NCBI GenBank assembly: GCA_965222115.1
Contig: CBDCTJ010000003.1
Span: forward strand, 128,001 to 192,000
DNA length: 64,000 nucleotides
Direction of reading: 5' to 3'
Origin: Planctomycetota bacterium
Lineage (GTDB): Bacteria; Planctomycetota; PLA2; JAEUHO01
Position numbers and translations under genes: made by a program. Shown one piece after another: positions 21,085 to 31,266 of the stretch (its first letter is position 1; every line of letters begins with the position of its first letter). The notes under the pieces were generated by a model, which was not told the DNA's origin, did no database searches, and saw only the letters and a program-made list of their open reading frames with translations.

Positions 21085-21609
21085 TTAGTTCTCGTCTTCG
21101 GACTCTTCGTCGTCTTCGGCAGCTGCCTCCTCGGACTGTCTTTCTCGGAGGTCGGCCATCGACGGTGCCTCGTGACCTTCCAAGAGGGCATCCAAATCGG
21201 AGACGATTTCCTCACGCCCGTAGTGGTGCCCGCCGCGAATCGCCACGACATCGCCCGCGTCATTCATGACCACCATGCCGTGCAACGTGGGTCCAAACGG
21301 ATACTTCGCCGCGCGCTTCTTGCCCGTTTCGTTCCACCAGGCGTACCAGTTGTAGTCGAAACGGGCTATGTACTTCGGCTCATCGCAGATGGTGCGCAAC
21401 GTATCCGCTACGCGTTTGCACTTGCCTCAGGCCTCGCTGATTTGGAAGTACTCCACCCGAAACATGCTCGGCTCATCTTGGGGCTGCGATTCCGTTGCTG
21501 ACGAGGACTTCGCGGCCGTGTCCGACGGAGCCGGCGACGTGTCGCCGCAGCCTGCAATCAGTAGGAGCAACGTCGCCGAAAACGAAACGAGAAATCGATG
21601 GATGCGCAT
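21085..21609 (-). CDS. Putative selenocysteine-containing thioredoxin-like lipoprotein (UxxC), 174 aa
   Basis: ORFs 21427..21609 and 21085..21399 join in frame through TGA 21427-21429: YFQISEA-U-GKC-KRVADTL. Lipobox LIAGC; SECIS-like hairpin immediately 3'. Confidence 0.75.
21392..21421 (-). promoter_or_regulatory. Candidate bacterial SECIS element
   Basis: GTGCAAACGCGTA-GCGGA-TACGTTGCGCAC stem-loop; the G-initial apical loop starts 18 nt after the UGA. Confidence 0.6.
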
Positions 21610-21664
21610 CCACGGAGTCTACCCGTTGTAGGCCGGGCCTCCCTAGAGGTGGTAGCGTGTCGCC

Positions 21665-23095
21665 ATGACGTCCCCCACATCCACCTTCGACCTCAACGCC
21701 GCACTCACATTCTCGGATTCCCTTTGGGAGTCGGACATCGTCCCGACCATCGCCGAGTACATCAAAATCCCAAACAAGTCACCGCTATTTGATCCGGACT
21801 GGTCGGCAAACGGTCATATGGATCGCGCCACCGACATGATCGCGGACTGGTGTCGAGGGCGCCCCATCGACGGGCTGACGGTTGAGATCGTGCGTCTTGA
21901 GGGTCGCACACCGCTGATCTACATGGAAATTCCGGGATCGAGCGACGACACGGTGCTGCTCTACGGCCACCTCGACAAGCAACCCGAGATGACCGGTTGG
22001 CGCGAGGGCCTAAGCCCGTGGAAGCCGGTTCGCGAAGGTGACAAGCTCTACGGGCGCGGCGGCGCCGACGATGGCTACGCGGCATTCGCCTCGCTCACCG
22101 CGATTGAAGCCGTGCGCAAATTCGGCGGCACGCACGCACGCTGCGTTGTGTTGATCGAAGCATGTGAAGAGAGTGGCAGCCCGGATCTACCCCATTACAT
22201 CGAGCACTTGAAGGATCGCATCGGCACGCCGAGTCTCGTCGTGTGCCTTGATTCGGGGTGCGGCAACTACGATCAACTGTGGTGCACGACGTCGTTGCGC
22301 GGCATTGTGGTGGGCACACTGCGAGTCGACATTCTTACCGAGGGCGTTCACTCCGGAAACGCAGGTGGTATCGCGCCGTCAAGCTTCCGCATTGCACGCA
22401 TGCTGCTCTCCCGATTGGAGAACGTGGATACCGGCGAGATCACGGCGGATGCGTTCATCGATCCGATTCCTGCAGCGCGAGTCGAGCAAGCCAAGCAGGC
22501 CGCGCGCGTGCTGGGTGATCAAGTAGTGAGGAGTTTTCCATTCGTCGATGGCGCGGGGCGAAATGACCGCAAGCTACACGAACTCATCCTGGATCGCACG
22601 TGGCGTTCCTCATTGTCAGTCACGGGCAGTGACGGACTCCCAGCCCTCGAACATGCGGGCAATGTGTTGCGACCATTTACGTCGCTGCAACTTTCATTGC
22701 GTGTGCCCCCTACGCGCGATGCAGGGGCCGCCGCAGAGGCGCTAAAAACGCTTCTGGAAGCCGATCCACCGTATGGCGCCAACGTGTCATTCACAATTCG
22801 TACGCCGGGCAGTGGTTGGGAGGCACCTGCGGTGGCGCCGTGGCTCGAAGCGTCTCTTGAACGTGTTTCGCAGGGGACATTTGGCAAGAGCGCCATGTAC
22901 ATGGGCGAAGGCGGATCGATTCCTTTCATGGGCATGCTCGGCGAAGCGTTTCCTGAGGCACAGTTCCTCATTACGGGTGTACTTGGCCCCCACTCCAACG
23001 CCCACGGTCCCAACGAGTTCCTTCACATTCCAACCGGCAAGAAACTGACTGCCGCGATTGCAGGCGTCCTCGACGATCACGCCTGTCGCAAGTGA
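21665..23095 (+). CDS. M20 family metallopeptidase (ArgE/DapE/dipeptidase-like)
   Basis: YGHLDKQP, YGRGGADDG, EACEESGS, NAHGPNE. Confidence 0.93.
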   Translation: MTSPTSTFDLNAALTFSDSLWESDIVPTIAEYIKIPNKSPLFDPDWSANGHMDRATDMIADWCRGRPIDGLTVEIVRLEGRTPLIYMEIPGSSDDTVLLYGHLDKQPEMTGWREGLSPWKPVREGDKLYGRGGADDGYAAFASLTAIEAVRKFGGTHARCVVLIEACEESGSPDLPHYIEHLKDRIGTPSLVVCLDSGCGNYDQLWCTTSLRGIVVGTLRVDILTEGVHSGNAGGIAPSSFRIARMLLSRLENVDTGEITADAFIDPIPAARVEQAKQAARVLGDQVVRSFPFVDGAGRNDRKLHELILDRTWRSSLSVTGSDGLPALEHAGNVLRPFTSLQLSLRVPPTRDAGAAAEALKTLLEADPPYGANVSFTIRTPGSGWEAPAVAPWLEASLERVSQGTFGKSAMYMGEGGSIPFMGMLGEAFPEAQFLITGVLGPHSNAHGPNEFLHIPTGKKLTAAIAGVLDDHACRK

Positions 23096-23721
23096 CTATG
23101 CGACTTGTGTTGATCAGTGACACGCATACGCGCCACCGCGAGCTGGAGCTCCCGGATGGTGATGTGCTGATCCACGCCGGTGACTTTACCAACGCCGGCA
23201 CGGTGCCTGAAGTCAGCGACTTTGCACGCTGGATGCGGACTCGCCCTCACGCTCACAAAGTAGTGATCGCAGGCAACCACGATTTGCTGTTCGAGCGCAA
23301 TCCAATTGAAGCGCGGCGCCTCATGGCAGATCTTACCTATCTCGAAGATACATCGACCACCATCGACGGCATTCACTTCTACGGCTCACCGTGGCAACCG
23401 TGGTTCTACGATTGGGCCTTCAATGTCGAGCGCGGTCCAGCGATCCGTGAGAAATGGGACAAGATTCCAAGCGACGTAGATGTACTTATCACCCACGGCC
23501 CCCCATCCGGACACGGCGACGTCAATCGACACGGCGATGCCGTTGGGTGCGAAGACTTGCTCGCCGTCGTTCGGGAACGCCAACCAACGCTTCATGTGTA
23601 TGGTCACATCCACGAGGGCCGTGGCATCACGCACTGGAAATCAACGACGTTTATCAATGCGAGCTCGGTTATCGGCTACGACGGGCCATTGGCGGAGCCG
23701 GTTGTGTTTGCCGTTGATTGA
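23092..23721 (+). CDS. Calcineurin-like metallophosphoesterase (MPPED/239FB-like)
   Basis: SDTH, HAGDFT, AGNHD, THGPP, GHIHE; GTGA overlap with the upstream stop. Confidence 0.92.
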   Translation: MTMRLVLISDTHTRHRELELPDGDVLIHAGDFTNAGTVPEVSDFARWMRTRPHAHKVVIAGNHDLLFERNPIEARRLMADLTYLEDTSTTIDGIHFYGSPWQPWFYDWAFNVERGPAIREKWDKIPSDVDVLITHGPPSGHGDVNRHGDAVGCEDLLAVVRERQPTLHVYGHIHEGRGITHWKSTTFINASSVIGYDGPLAEPVVFAVD

Positions 23722-23829
23722 CGGGTCGAATCCAGCAATTTCACTCGACAATTGTTGTGGAATTCGAACCAGCCGAACGAAGCGTTTGACGCGGAATAAA
23801 CGAAGGTCGCCGGCGTCAAAAAAGCGCGT

Positions 23830-24588
23830 CTAGGTAGAAACCGGCTCGTTTGATTGAGATACGTCGATCCGCACCGAAGCTTCCGATCCCACGAATACGC
23901 CTTCGATCAATACGGCACCGTTCCAGACCACTCTCGATCCATCGAGAATTTCGAGCTGGGGTCGAGGACCGTAGGCGCGTGCGAGCGCCTCAAGCAGGGT
24001 CTCAGCGTCCGACCCAGCCAGCGGACCGACGAGGTCCGCCAAAAGTCGAGCTCGCCGACCCTGCATGCCATCCGTCGTGGCGACCAGTGGATCCACGCGA
24101 TGATTCGTTTGCGATGTGAGTGTAGCTTCGAAGAGGTGTCCATCTTCGGTTCGCACGCGCGAGGCGGATCGCCGCCGCGGGCCGACCAGTTTTCGGTATG
24201 CCGATTCCTCCGTAACACCCAATGCAGGCAGTCCGAGCCCGGACATTGTGGCCTCTTCATCCGTCAACGGCGTTTCAAAGCGACACGCGATATCGATTTC
24301 GGACAGGTCTTCAAGGGGCAACGCACGGACGATGGTCATTCGTTTCGATACGAGATTGCCTAGGACGTCATGGCGCAACGCGCCCGTAATGTTACGCCCA
24401 AGCACGTCGTGCGCGCGCGCCAAGTAACCGATACGTCTCGACGTAGAGAGATCCACATGCACGCGAATGCGACAGCCGGATCGGCTCACGTCAAGCATGG
24501 TACCAACCAGGGTCTGCTTCTTGGCCCTGAGCTGCACGGGGAGTCGGCACGCAATGCGCAGCGCGTGGCGACTCTCCGACTGACTCAC
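23830..24588 (-). CDS. PilZ-domain protein
   Basis: RHALR (RxxxR) and DVSRSG (DxSxxG) c-di-GMP-binding motifs. Confidence 0.75.
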   Translation of the reverse strand: MSQSESRHALRIACRLPVQLRAKKQTLVGTMLDVSRSGCRIRVHVDLSTSRRIGYLARAHDVLGRNITGALRHDVLGNLVSKRMTIVRALPLEDLSEIDIACRFETPLTDEEATMSGLGLPALGVTEESAYRKLVGPRRRSASRVRTEDGHLFEATLTSQTNHRVDPLVATTDGMQGRRARLLADLVGPLAGSDAETLLEALARAYGPRPQLEILDGSRVVWNGAVLIEGVFVGSEASVRIDVSQSNEPVST

Positions 24589-24796
24589 GCGCTACCTCCT
24601 TGACGTGCCTCAAGTATGACCCCAGCACAACTCAAGATTCAAGTGCGTTGACCGGATATCAACATGGCTCACACGCTCGCAAATACAGATCGTCAATCCC
24701 GCTTGCGATCCAGGAACGGTAATTCGGGCGATTCTGGACGAATCGGCCATTTACTAACCAATACCAAACGAAGCGCAAGAGGACGTATGCACATGA

Positions 24797-26935
24797 TCAA
24801 CTTTCTGCGCGCAGTTCGATCCCGTGCTCACGAAGTTTGGCAAGCAACTTCTTGTCGTCCGGCACACTGCGAAGCAAGGCGTGATCTGGCAAAAGACGTC
24901 GTACCAAGAGTGCCTGCACTTCTTCGATGGCCACGAGGCGATCCATCGCCTCTTCGCTACGCGTTCGCAAGACAACACCGCGCTCGTATGTTGCAAACGT
25001 AACGGAACCCGCCCAGCTACGAACCGAGTATTCGACGTTTTGTGGCACCGGATTGCGTGATCGCGCTGCCAAATAAGCCAGAAACTCATCAATCGAGCGA
25101 CCTGCACCCACTGCCGACTCAATGGCTTCCCGCGTTACGCGAAAGTGAACCACGTCGCCGGTCTTCTCGCGCTTGGTGTATTGATCCAGGGTGTGGACGA
25201 CGTCGCTGACATCCCCTTCCGGCATAACGAGAATCTCGAAGTCGGGATTCACGAGCAGCGGCAGTACACCCGTAGACTGTTCGGCAACCTCGGCACCCAA
25301 CACACGGGCGCCCACGGACGAGAGCCTCCACGCCGCCACGCGCTCGTCGTCCACTACGGCGTCCAAGATGCCAAAGCCATGCAGACGCCTCAGCCAGTGG
25401 CGATTGAGTTCACCCAACAGCGCGGCAGGCGTTTCGCGTTGCGAGAAATAGGCGGAAAAGAACCGGTCTTTGTATCGCGCTGGAATTCCCAGTGCGTCCA
25501 TCTGTTCAAGGTAGCGGTGCCGCACACAGGCCGGCAGCGCACGCCCGGGCCACCAGCGCTCCGGATACTCGCGCAAGACGTCGGCGAGCACCTTACGCAT
25601 TTCATGCTGGTGAAGGCTGCGCCCTTTGCTGCCGGGCTGCTCGAGTGCGAGGGTGTAGACGGAGCGAAGTTTGTCTTCCAAGGGTTGCCGCAAGAACGAG
25701 TCTGCCGTTGGGAGGAGTTCCAGAAATCCCTCGTCGTCATTTTGCACAAGCCCGAGTCGAACGGCTGCATCACACACCGACGTCCAGATCGCCTCCGCGT
25801 CGTTCAGTAGCGAGTGGCGCGATACGAACTGAGCTTCAATCTTGCGCCGACTGGTTTTGTACACTTCGCCCGTTCGGCTCACTTTTAGCGGTGCACGGCG
25901 CACAGTTTCTAGGTACATGCAGAGATCGGCAACAAAGTCACCACGTACGGCGAGTAGTTCGCCAGGTGGAACGTCCGACGGTGCGTCTTCCTCAACCAAG
26001 CCTTCAAGAATCTCGCGAAAGATGACCAAGACTTCGTCGTCACATGCGAGTCCATACCCCTTAAGCGAAGTGCGCGCAACGGTGCCGACCGCCTGCGCCT
26101 CAAGCGCCTTGGCCCACGCCGCACGATCCCAGCGGATCTCCTTGAGTCGGTGGCGTCGGCTCCATTCGCCCCGTCGCACGAAGCCACGGTGACGGTCCAG
26201 CGCATAGCCGACCACAGCACGCATGTCGGCGGGTAGCGCATCAATCCGCGCCGACGCGCCGTCGCTTAGAATTACCTCGACATCGTTGTCGCTGGGTTGC
26301 GCTGCCAAATCGGGGAATTGCTCTTGAAGCCCTGCACGCTCGCTGGCCGCCATGGTCAACAGATGTTCTTCAAGCGACATGAGACTGGCGACGGTGCGCG
26401 TCTCTTCACGAAAGAGTGACAGGAGTGCGGTGCCAAGCTCCTCGGGCACCGAGTAGAGCACGCGCCCGTTGCTCGCCGTTCCACGCTCAATGCGTTCAGC
26501 GAGGAATCCGCGACGAACGAGCGCTTTGATGCCGGTCTCGGCCTCGTGAAACTCAATGGTTGCTTTCGCCTCACCCGGCAGGCGTTGAAAGAGCCCGGGA
26601 AGATCGCTTGTGTAGTGAGCACGACGGAGAAACAGCAGCAACACGTCCAGGGCACGGCGCGTGAGCTGTCGCACACGTCGGTAGACGATACCCTCTTCCG
26701 CCATCTGCCGAAATAGCAGTGCAACGAGTTCCTTCTTTGTGCCGAGTACGCCCGGATCGTCGATCCACACCGGCACAAGCTCTCGCAGCGACGCAACGCG
26801 AAGTCCCTCAAGGTACTTCTTCAACGTTAATGCCGACGTGCGAGACTTTTTGGTACGCCGAATAGATGCCGCGGAGCTCGACATCGGTGCAGCTCGAGCG
26901 CGCGAGCCTTCGGGTGTGCCTCGTTCAGCGCTCAC
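24797..26935 (-). CDS. XPB-associated protein with C-terminal Helicase_C_3 (XPB/Ssl2 N-terminal-like) domain
   Basis: LLVNPDFEILV...FRVTREAIESA...VPQNVEYSVRSW; overlaps the XPB stop by 4 nt. Confidence 0.8.
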   Translation of the reverse strand: MSAERGTPEGSRARAAPMSSSAASIRRTKKSRTSALTLKKYLEGLRVASLRELVPVWIDDPGVLGTKKELVALLFRQMAEEGIVYRRVRQLTRRALDVLLLFLRRAHYTSDLPGLFQRLPGEAKATIEFHEAETGIKALVRRGFLAERIERGTASNGRVLYSVPEELGTALLSLFREETRTVASLMSLEEHLLTMAASERAGLQEQFPDLAAQPSDNDVEVILSDGASARIDALPADMRAVVGYALDRHRGFVRRGEWSRRHRLKEIRWDRAAWAKALEAQAVGTVARTSLKGYGLACDDEVLVIFREILEGLVEEDAPSDVPPGELLAVRGDFVADLCMYLETVRRAPLKVSRTGEVYKTSRRKIEAQFVSRHSLLNDAEAIWTSVCDAAVRLGLVQNDDEGFLELLPTADSFLRQPLEDKLRSVYTLALEQPGSKGRSLHQHEMRKVLADVLREYPERWWPGRALPACVRHRYLEQMDALGIPARYKDRFFSAYFSQRETPAALLGELNRHWLRRLHGFGILDAVVDDERVAAWRLSSVGARVLGAEVAEQSTGVLPLLVNPDFEILVMPEGDVSDVVHTLDQYTKREKTGDVVHFRVTREAIESAVGAGRSIDEFLAYLAARSRNPVPQNVEYSVRSWAGSVTFATYERGVVLRTRSEEAMDRLVAIEEVQALLVRRLLPDHALLRSVPDDKKLLAKLREHGIELRAES

Positions 26936-28728
26936 GACCGGGGCGCTCCGTCAGTTTCAGACACAGGCTGAGGCGAGTCTTCTGATGCAGAGTGTGTGAG
27001 GCACGGAAACAGTGATGTCGCCGACTCGATCTCGTAGGCGTAGCCCTGCTCGGTCAGAAAGAGCTGGCGATGTTGAGCGAACTCTTGCTCGATGGATTCG
27101 TCGGACACGAGCGTGAAAAAGTAGGCGTCGCTTCCATCGGCCTTGGGTCGCAGCACGCGTCCAAGGCGTTGCGCCTCTTCCTGACGAGAACCAAAGGTCC
27201 CAGACAATTGAATGATGACGCGTGCTTCCGGGAGATCCACCGCGAAGTTGCCCACTTTGCTAACGATTAGCACAGGGTCGCGACCACTTCGAAACGCCTC
27301 GTAGAGTTCAATGCGCTCCTCCTTCTTCGTCTTTCCCGTGATCAGGGGTCGCTGCACCTCCCGCGCGACGCGTTCCAACTGCTGAATGTACTGGCCAATC
27401 ACAAGCACCGAATCGCCCGCAAAGCGGTTCAGTAGTTGCCGCAACACGTCCATCTTCGCCGGATTCTCGGAGGCCAATCGAAACTGCGCTCGACGTCCGG
27501 CCAATGCATAGCGTTTGCGGAGTTCCGAATCCATGCGCACGCGCACTTCGGTGCAAATCGCTTTCGCTATCCATCCCTTGCGCTCAAGGATCTTCCAGGG
27601 CACGTCATAGCGCTTGGGGCCAATCAGCGTGAAGACATCGTCCTCTTTACCGTCTTCTCGAACCAGAGTTGCCGTGAGGCCCAACCTGCGCGTGGATTGA
27701 ATGTCGGCCGTGAATCGAAAGACCGGTGCCGGCAAGAGATGGACTTCGTCATAGATCACCAAGCCCCAATCGTTCTTTTGAAACAGGCCAAAGTGAACGA
27801 AGTCATCGGTCTTTCGCCGGCGGTACGTAAGGATTTGGTAGGTGCTAATGGTCACCGGGCGCACCTCTTTGGTCTTGCCGGTGTACTCGCCAATGTCTTC
27901 GGGTGAAAGCTGCGTCTTTTCCAACAACTCCCGCCGCCATTGATCGACCGCAGTGTGATTGGTCGTCAAAATGAGCGTCTTGCGGCCCACTTGATGCATG
28001 ACGCCAATGCCTACGATCGTCTTTCCGGCGCCGCACGGCAACACGATCACACCGCTGCCGCCCAGGGAGCTTCCGTTCTGATGGAACACACTGACGGCTT
28101 CGTGTTGATAGGCACGAAGCGAGAACGGTGCACCGCCCGGTAGCGACTCGGCCAGAGCAACCGTCAATGGACCGCCGTCCACGTAGCCCGCAATGTCTGC
28201 AACCGGCCATCCAAGTTTGATGAGCGCTCGCTTGATTTCGCCGCGGTCCTTACGCTCCACGCTGAGGTGATGCCAGGGTTTGCCGGTCTCATCGTCGGGT
28301 ACCGTCTCGCGACCAAACACTTTGTCTTTCGTGAGCCCGCTCGCCTCAACCTGATCGATCAGCACCTCGTCCTTAGAGCGAAGCGTGAGGGGTCCAAACT
28401 CCTCGCCCACGAGTTGCAGCCGACCGTAGCGCCCGTGCAAATCTTCGATGTCGCGAATCACATTGCGCGGCACATCAAAGCGCGAGTAGCCGGCAAGTGC
28501 CTCAAGCATCGCGGGCGATTTCATGCCAGCGGCTGCCGCGTTCCAGATGGAGAGCGGCGTAATGCGGTAGGTGTGAATGTGTTCCGGCGACTTGACGAGT
28601 TCGCAAAACGGCGCAATGGCATCTCGGCATGCGCCATAAAACTCGCCCCCAACCTCGAGCAGGAGCGAGCGGTCGCTTTGCACAATTAGCGGTCGGGCGG
28701 AACGGGGTACGTCCAACGGAGTGTCCAC
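26932..28728 (-). CDS. Bacterial XPB/Ssl2/Rad25-type SF2 DNA helicase
   Basis: PLIVQSDRSLLLEV, LPCGAGKT, DEVH, GLTAT, RED motif, QRLGRVLRPK. Confidence 0.93.
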   Translation of the reverse strand: MDTPLDVPRSARPLIVQSDRSLLLEVGGEFYGACRDAIAPFCELVKSPEHIHTYRITPLSIWNAAAAGMKSPAMLEALAGYSRFDVPRNVIRDIEDLHGRYGRLQLVGEEFGPLTLRSKDEVLIDQVEASGLTKDKVFGRETVPDDETGKPWHHLSVERKDRGEIKRALIKLGWPVADIAGYVDGGPLTVALAESLPGGAPFSLRAYQHEAVSVFHQNGSSLGGSGVIVLPCGAGKTIVGIGVMHQVGRKTLILTTNHTAVDQWRRELLEKTQLSPEDIGEYTGKTKEVRPVTISTYQILTYRRRKTDDFVHFGLFQKNDWGLVIYDEVHLLPAPVFRFTADIQSTRRLGLTATLVREDGKEDDVFTLIGPKRYDVPWKILERKGWIAKAICTEVRVRMDSELRKRYALAGRRAQFRLASENPAKMDVLRQLLNRFAGDSVLVIGQYIQQLERVAREVQRPLITGKTKKEERIELYEAFRSGRDPVLIVSKVGNFAVDLPEARVIIQLSGTFGSRQEEAQRLGRVLRPKADGSDAYFFTLVSDESIEQEFAQHRQLFLTEQGYAYEIESATSLFPCLTHSASEDSPQPVSETDGAPRS

Positions 28729-28843
28729 CTACGGAGGGAGTGCCAGCTGGCGCGCGAGGCGACCACCAAGCGCGGTGCGCCCGCAGTGGGCGCAATCGGG
28801 CGAGGCTAGAGGATGACCCCCGGCGGTCAAGCAGGGCGCGGGG

Positions 28844-29641
28844 CTATCGGTCGCTTGACGGTCCGGCCTGAAACGGTGTAAGCGCCTGGCGCAAAGGGGT
28901 ATGGAGCAATCGACCGGCAGCCACGATATTCCCGCCGAAGAGCCAATTTTCGCCCCCGGCATAGTCCGAAACTACGCCACCGGCCGCGCGAATCAGCGCG
29001 GCGCCGCCCGCCACGTCCCACGGGCTCAGGTGGAGCTCAAAGAAGCCATCCAATCGACCCGCAGCGACATAGGCGAGATCTACAGCCGCAGCCCCCATGC
29101 GACGAATGCCGCGCGCGCGCTCAATCATGTTGACCACGCTCTTGATGTTACCGTCGGCCATCTCGTTACGACGATATGCAAATCCCGTTGCGACGATCGC
29201 ATCTTCCAGTTGAGGCGTGACGCTTACTGATAACGGACGTCCATCGAGATAGGCACCGCTGCCGGGACTCCCCCAAAACGTTTCATCCATGGCGGGCAGA
29301 TGCACCACCCCCAACTCCGGTGCCCCATCCCGAACGAGCCCAATGCTCACCGCGAAGATGGGGATTCCCTGCGTGAAGTTCACCGTCCCATCGAGCGGGT
29401 CTACGATCCAGCACGGCCCACCACGATCATCCGGCCCCCCGCCTTGTTCTTCGCCAAGGATGGGAATGTCTGGTGTGGCGGCGCTGAGTTCACGCCGAAT
29501 GAGTGCTTCCGCTTGAAGATCGGCCGCCGTCACAACGTCGCGCTGTCCACGACGCTCCACTTCGCTGCGTCGCAACCGCCCGTAACGCTGCATCAGAATT
29601 TCGCCGGCACGTGTGGCCACCGATCGGGCTAAATCCAGCAT
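28844..29641 (-). CDS. suhB: Inositol monophosphatase family protein (SuhB-like)
   Basis: GEE, DPLDGTVNF, WDVAGG motifs. Confidence 0.88.
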   Translation of the reverse strand: MLDLARSVATRAGEILMQRYGRLRRSEVERRGQRDVVTAADLQAEALIRRELSAATPDIPILGEEQGGGPDDRGGPCWIVDPLDGTVNFTQGIPIFAVSIGLVRDGAPELGVVHLPAMDETFWGSPGSGAYLDGRPLSVSVTPQLEDAIVATGFAYRRNEMADGNIKSVVNMIERARGIRRMGAAAVDLAYVAAGRLDGFFELHLSPWDVAGGAALIRAAGGVVSDYAGGENWLFGGNIVAAGRLLHTPLRQALTPFQAGPSSDR

Positions 29642-29670
29642 GGGGTCTCCGACACGTGCAGACGAATGCG

Positions 29671-31266
29671 TTAGCGCGTCGCGCCCGAGATGATACGCAC
29701 AACGTCGTCAATCACCCCGTGGGATGAGCCGCGCCCATTGAGGAGAATAGCAAAGGCATAGCTTGGCGCACCGTTTCCATCGGCGAAGTATCCAGCCAAG
29801 GCACGCGAACGCACATCATTGAGCGTCCCCGTCTTTGCAAACACTCGTCCGCTGACGGACTTGCCTTTGAGACGTCGTCGAAGGGTTCCGGACTTCCCCG
29901 CTACGGCCAGCGATTCGAAGAGCAGCGGGCCGCGCACCGGATCGCGTGAAAATGAAGCCAACATCTGGGCCAGCGCGCCTGCGGTGGCCTTGTTCTTTAC
30001 ACTCAGTCCCGATCCGTCGAGCATGAGCACGTCGTCATCTTCCACGGTCAAAATGCCGCGGCGAACCAACATTGCGCCCACAGCGCGCGTCCCCGATTCC
30101 CACGATCCCACACCGTCATAGGCGTGACCACAGAGCTTAAAAATCATGCTGGCGTAGAAATTGTTGCTGGACTGATTCATGATGCGTAACGCGTCGCGCA
30201 ATGACGAACGATGTCGAGCGACGGTTTGAAGGGCGCGCAAGTCGTCGGACGCCCCCACGCGACGCATCGATTCACCAATTGTGATCCCGCTCTTGCGCAA
30301 CACACGTCGAAATGCGCCGCCGAAGTACAAGCCGGGATCCGGCACGGGCACCTTAATGAACACCAACTTCTTTACGGGAACGGAACCCTGAACGCGAAAG
30401 GTCTTGCCGCCGCCTGTCCAAACGCCACCGACCACCGTCTTCGATTTCGATGACGTGGTTACGGCGTTGGCCGTGGACCAAGGACCGGACGTCGCAGGAA
30501 ACGAAACCGTGGCCTTCGCGCCCACATGTGGACCGCCGCGCACCGCGACTTCCAAACAGTTGTCATTGAGCGAGAGGCCGCCAACCGCAGCGCCGTAATA
30601 GCGCCGCTTGTCGGCTTTCGTCCACGTCGCGTGTGTAAATACCCGGTCGAAGCCACCCTCATCAAGCAGGAGCGCGCCCGTGACGCGTCGAATACCCGCG
30701 CCGCGAACCTGTTTGGCCAGCGACTGAAGGACGTAGAGATGTTTGCCCTTGTACAAGCGCCCTGAAATGTTGGGATCCCCGCCGCCACGAACAACAAGGT
30801 CGCCGTGCAACGTTCCCGTGGCCTTGTCGAAGCGCCCGCGCACATCTACGCGTGTGGTGAACTGGTACGTGGGCCCCAAATGGTCCAGTGCGGCTGCGGC
30901 GGTAAACAATTTTGATGCAGACGCGGGAACGAGCGACTTCATATGGCCATCGGCACACACCACAGCGGAACGCTCGCCGAGGGCCATCAATGCGACGCCC
31001 GAACTGTTTGCGCGAACGCCTGCTTTCTTCAAGCGCGCACGGATCCGTCTCGCCAGGGCCGGATTGAGCGCCGACGTTCTGGCATGGGCTGTACGCAGAG
31101 TGCCCTGACCCGTGACCTTGAAGCCGAGAGGGAGGGAGCCGAGCAGGAGTGCAAGCGTGCCAAGCAAAAGCGCGCAGAGCCCCAAACGGCGGCGGGGCGG
31201 TCGGGAGTGGTCAAAGGGGCGTCGCACCAGGCGACAATGTACCCGCTCAACAAAAATGCCCATCAA
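29671..31266 (-). CDS. dacB: D-Ala-D-Ala carboxypeptidase/endopeptidase PBP4 (S13)
   Basis: PASASK (SxxK), SNN (SxN), DGSGLS, KTGTL. Exact start uncertain. Confidence 0.9.
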   Translation of the reverse strand: MMGIFVERVHCRLVRRPFDHSRPPRRRLGLCALLLGTLALLLGSLPLGFKVTGQGTLRTAHARTSALNPALARRIRARLKKAGVRANSSGVALMALGERSAVVCADGHMKSLVPASASKLFTAAAALDHLGPTYQFTTRVDVRGRFDKATGTLHGDLVVRGGGDPNISGRLYKGKHLYVLQSLAKQVRGAGIRRVTGALLLDEGGFDRVFTHATWTKADKRRYYGAAVGGLSLNDNCLEVAVRGGPHVGAKATVSFPATSGPWSTANAVTTSSKSKTVVGGVWTGGGKTFRVQGSVPVKKLVFIKVPVPDPGLYFGGAFRRVLRKSGITIGESMRRVGASDDLRALQTVARHRSSLRDALRIMNQSSNNFYASMIFKLCGHAYDGVGSWESGTRAVGAMLVRRGILTVEDDDVLMLDGSGLSVKNKATAGALAQMLASFSRDPVRGPLLFESLAVAGKSGTLRRRLKGKSVSGRVFAKTGTLNDVRSRALAGYFADGNGAPSYAFAILLNGRGSSHGVIDDVVRIISGATR

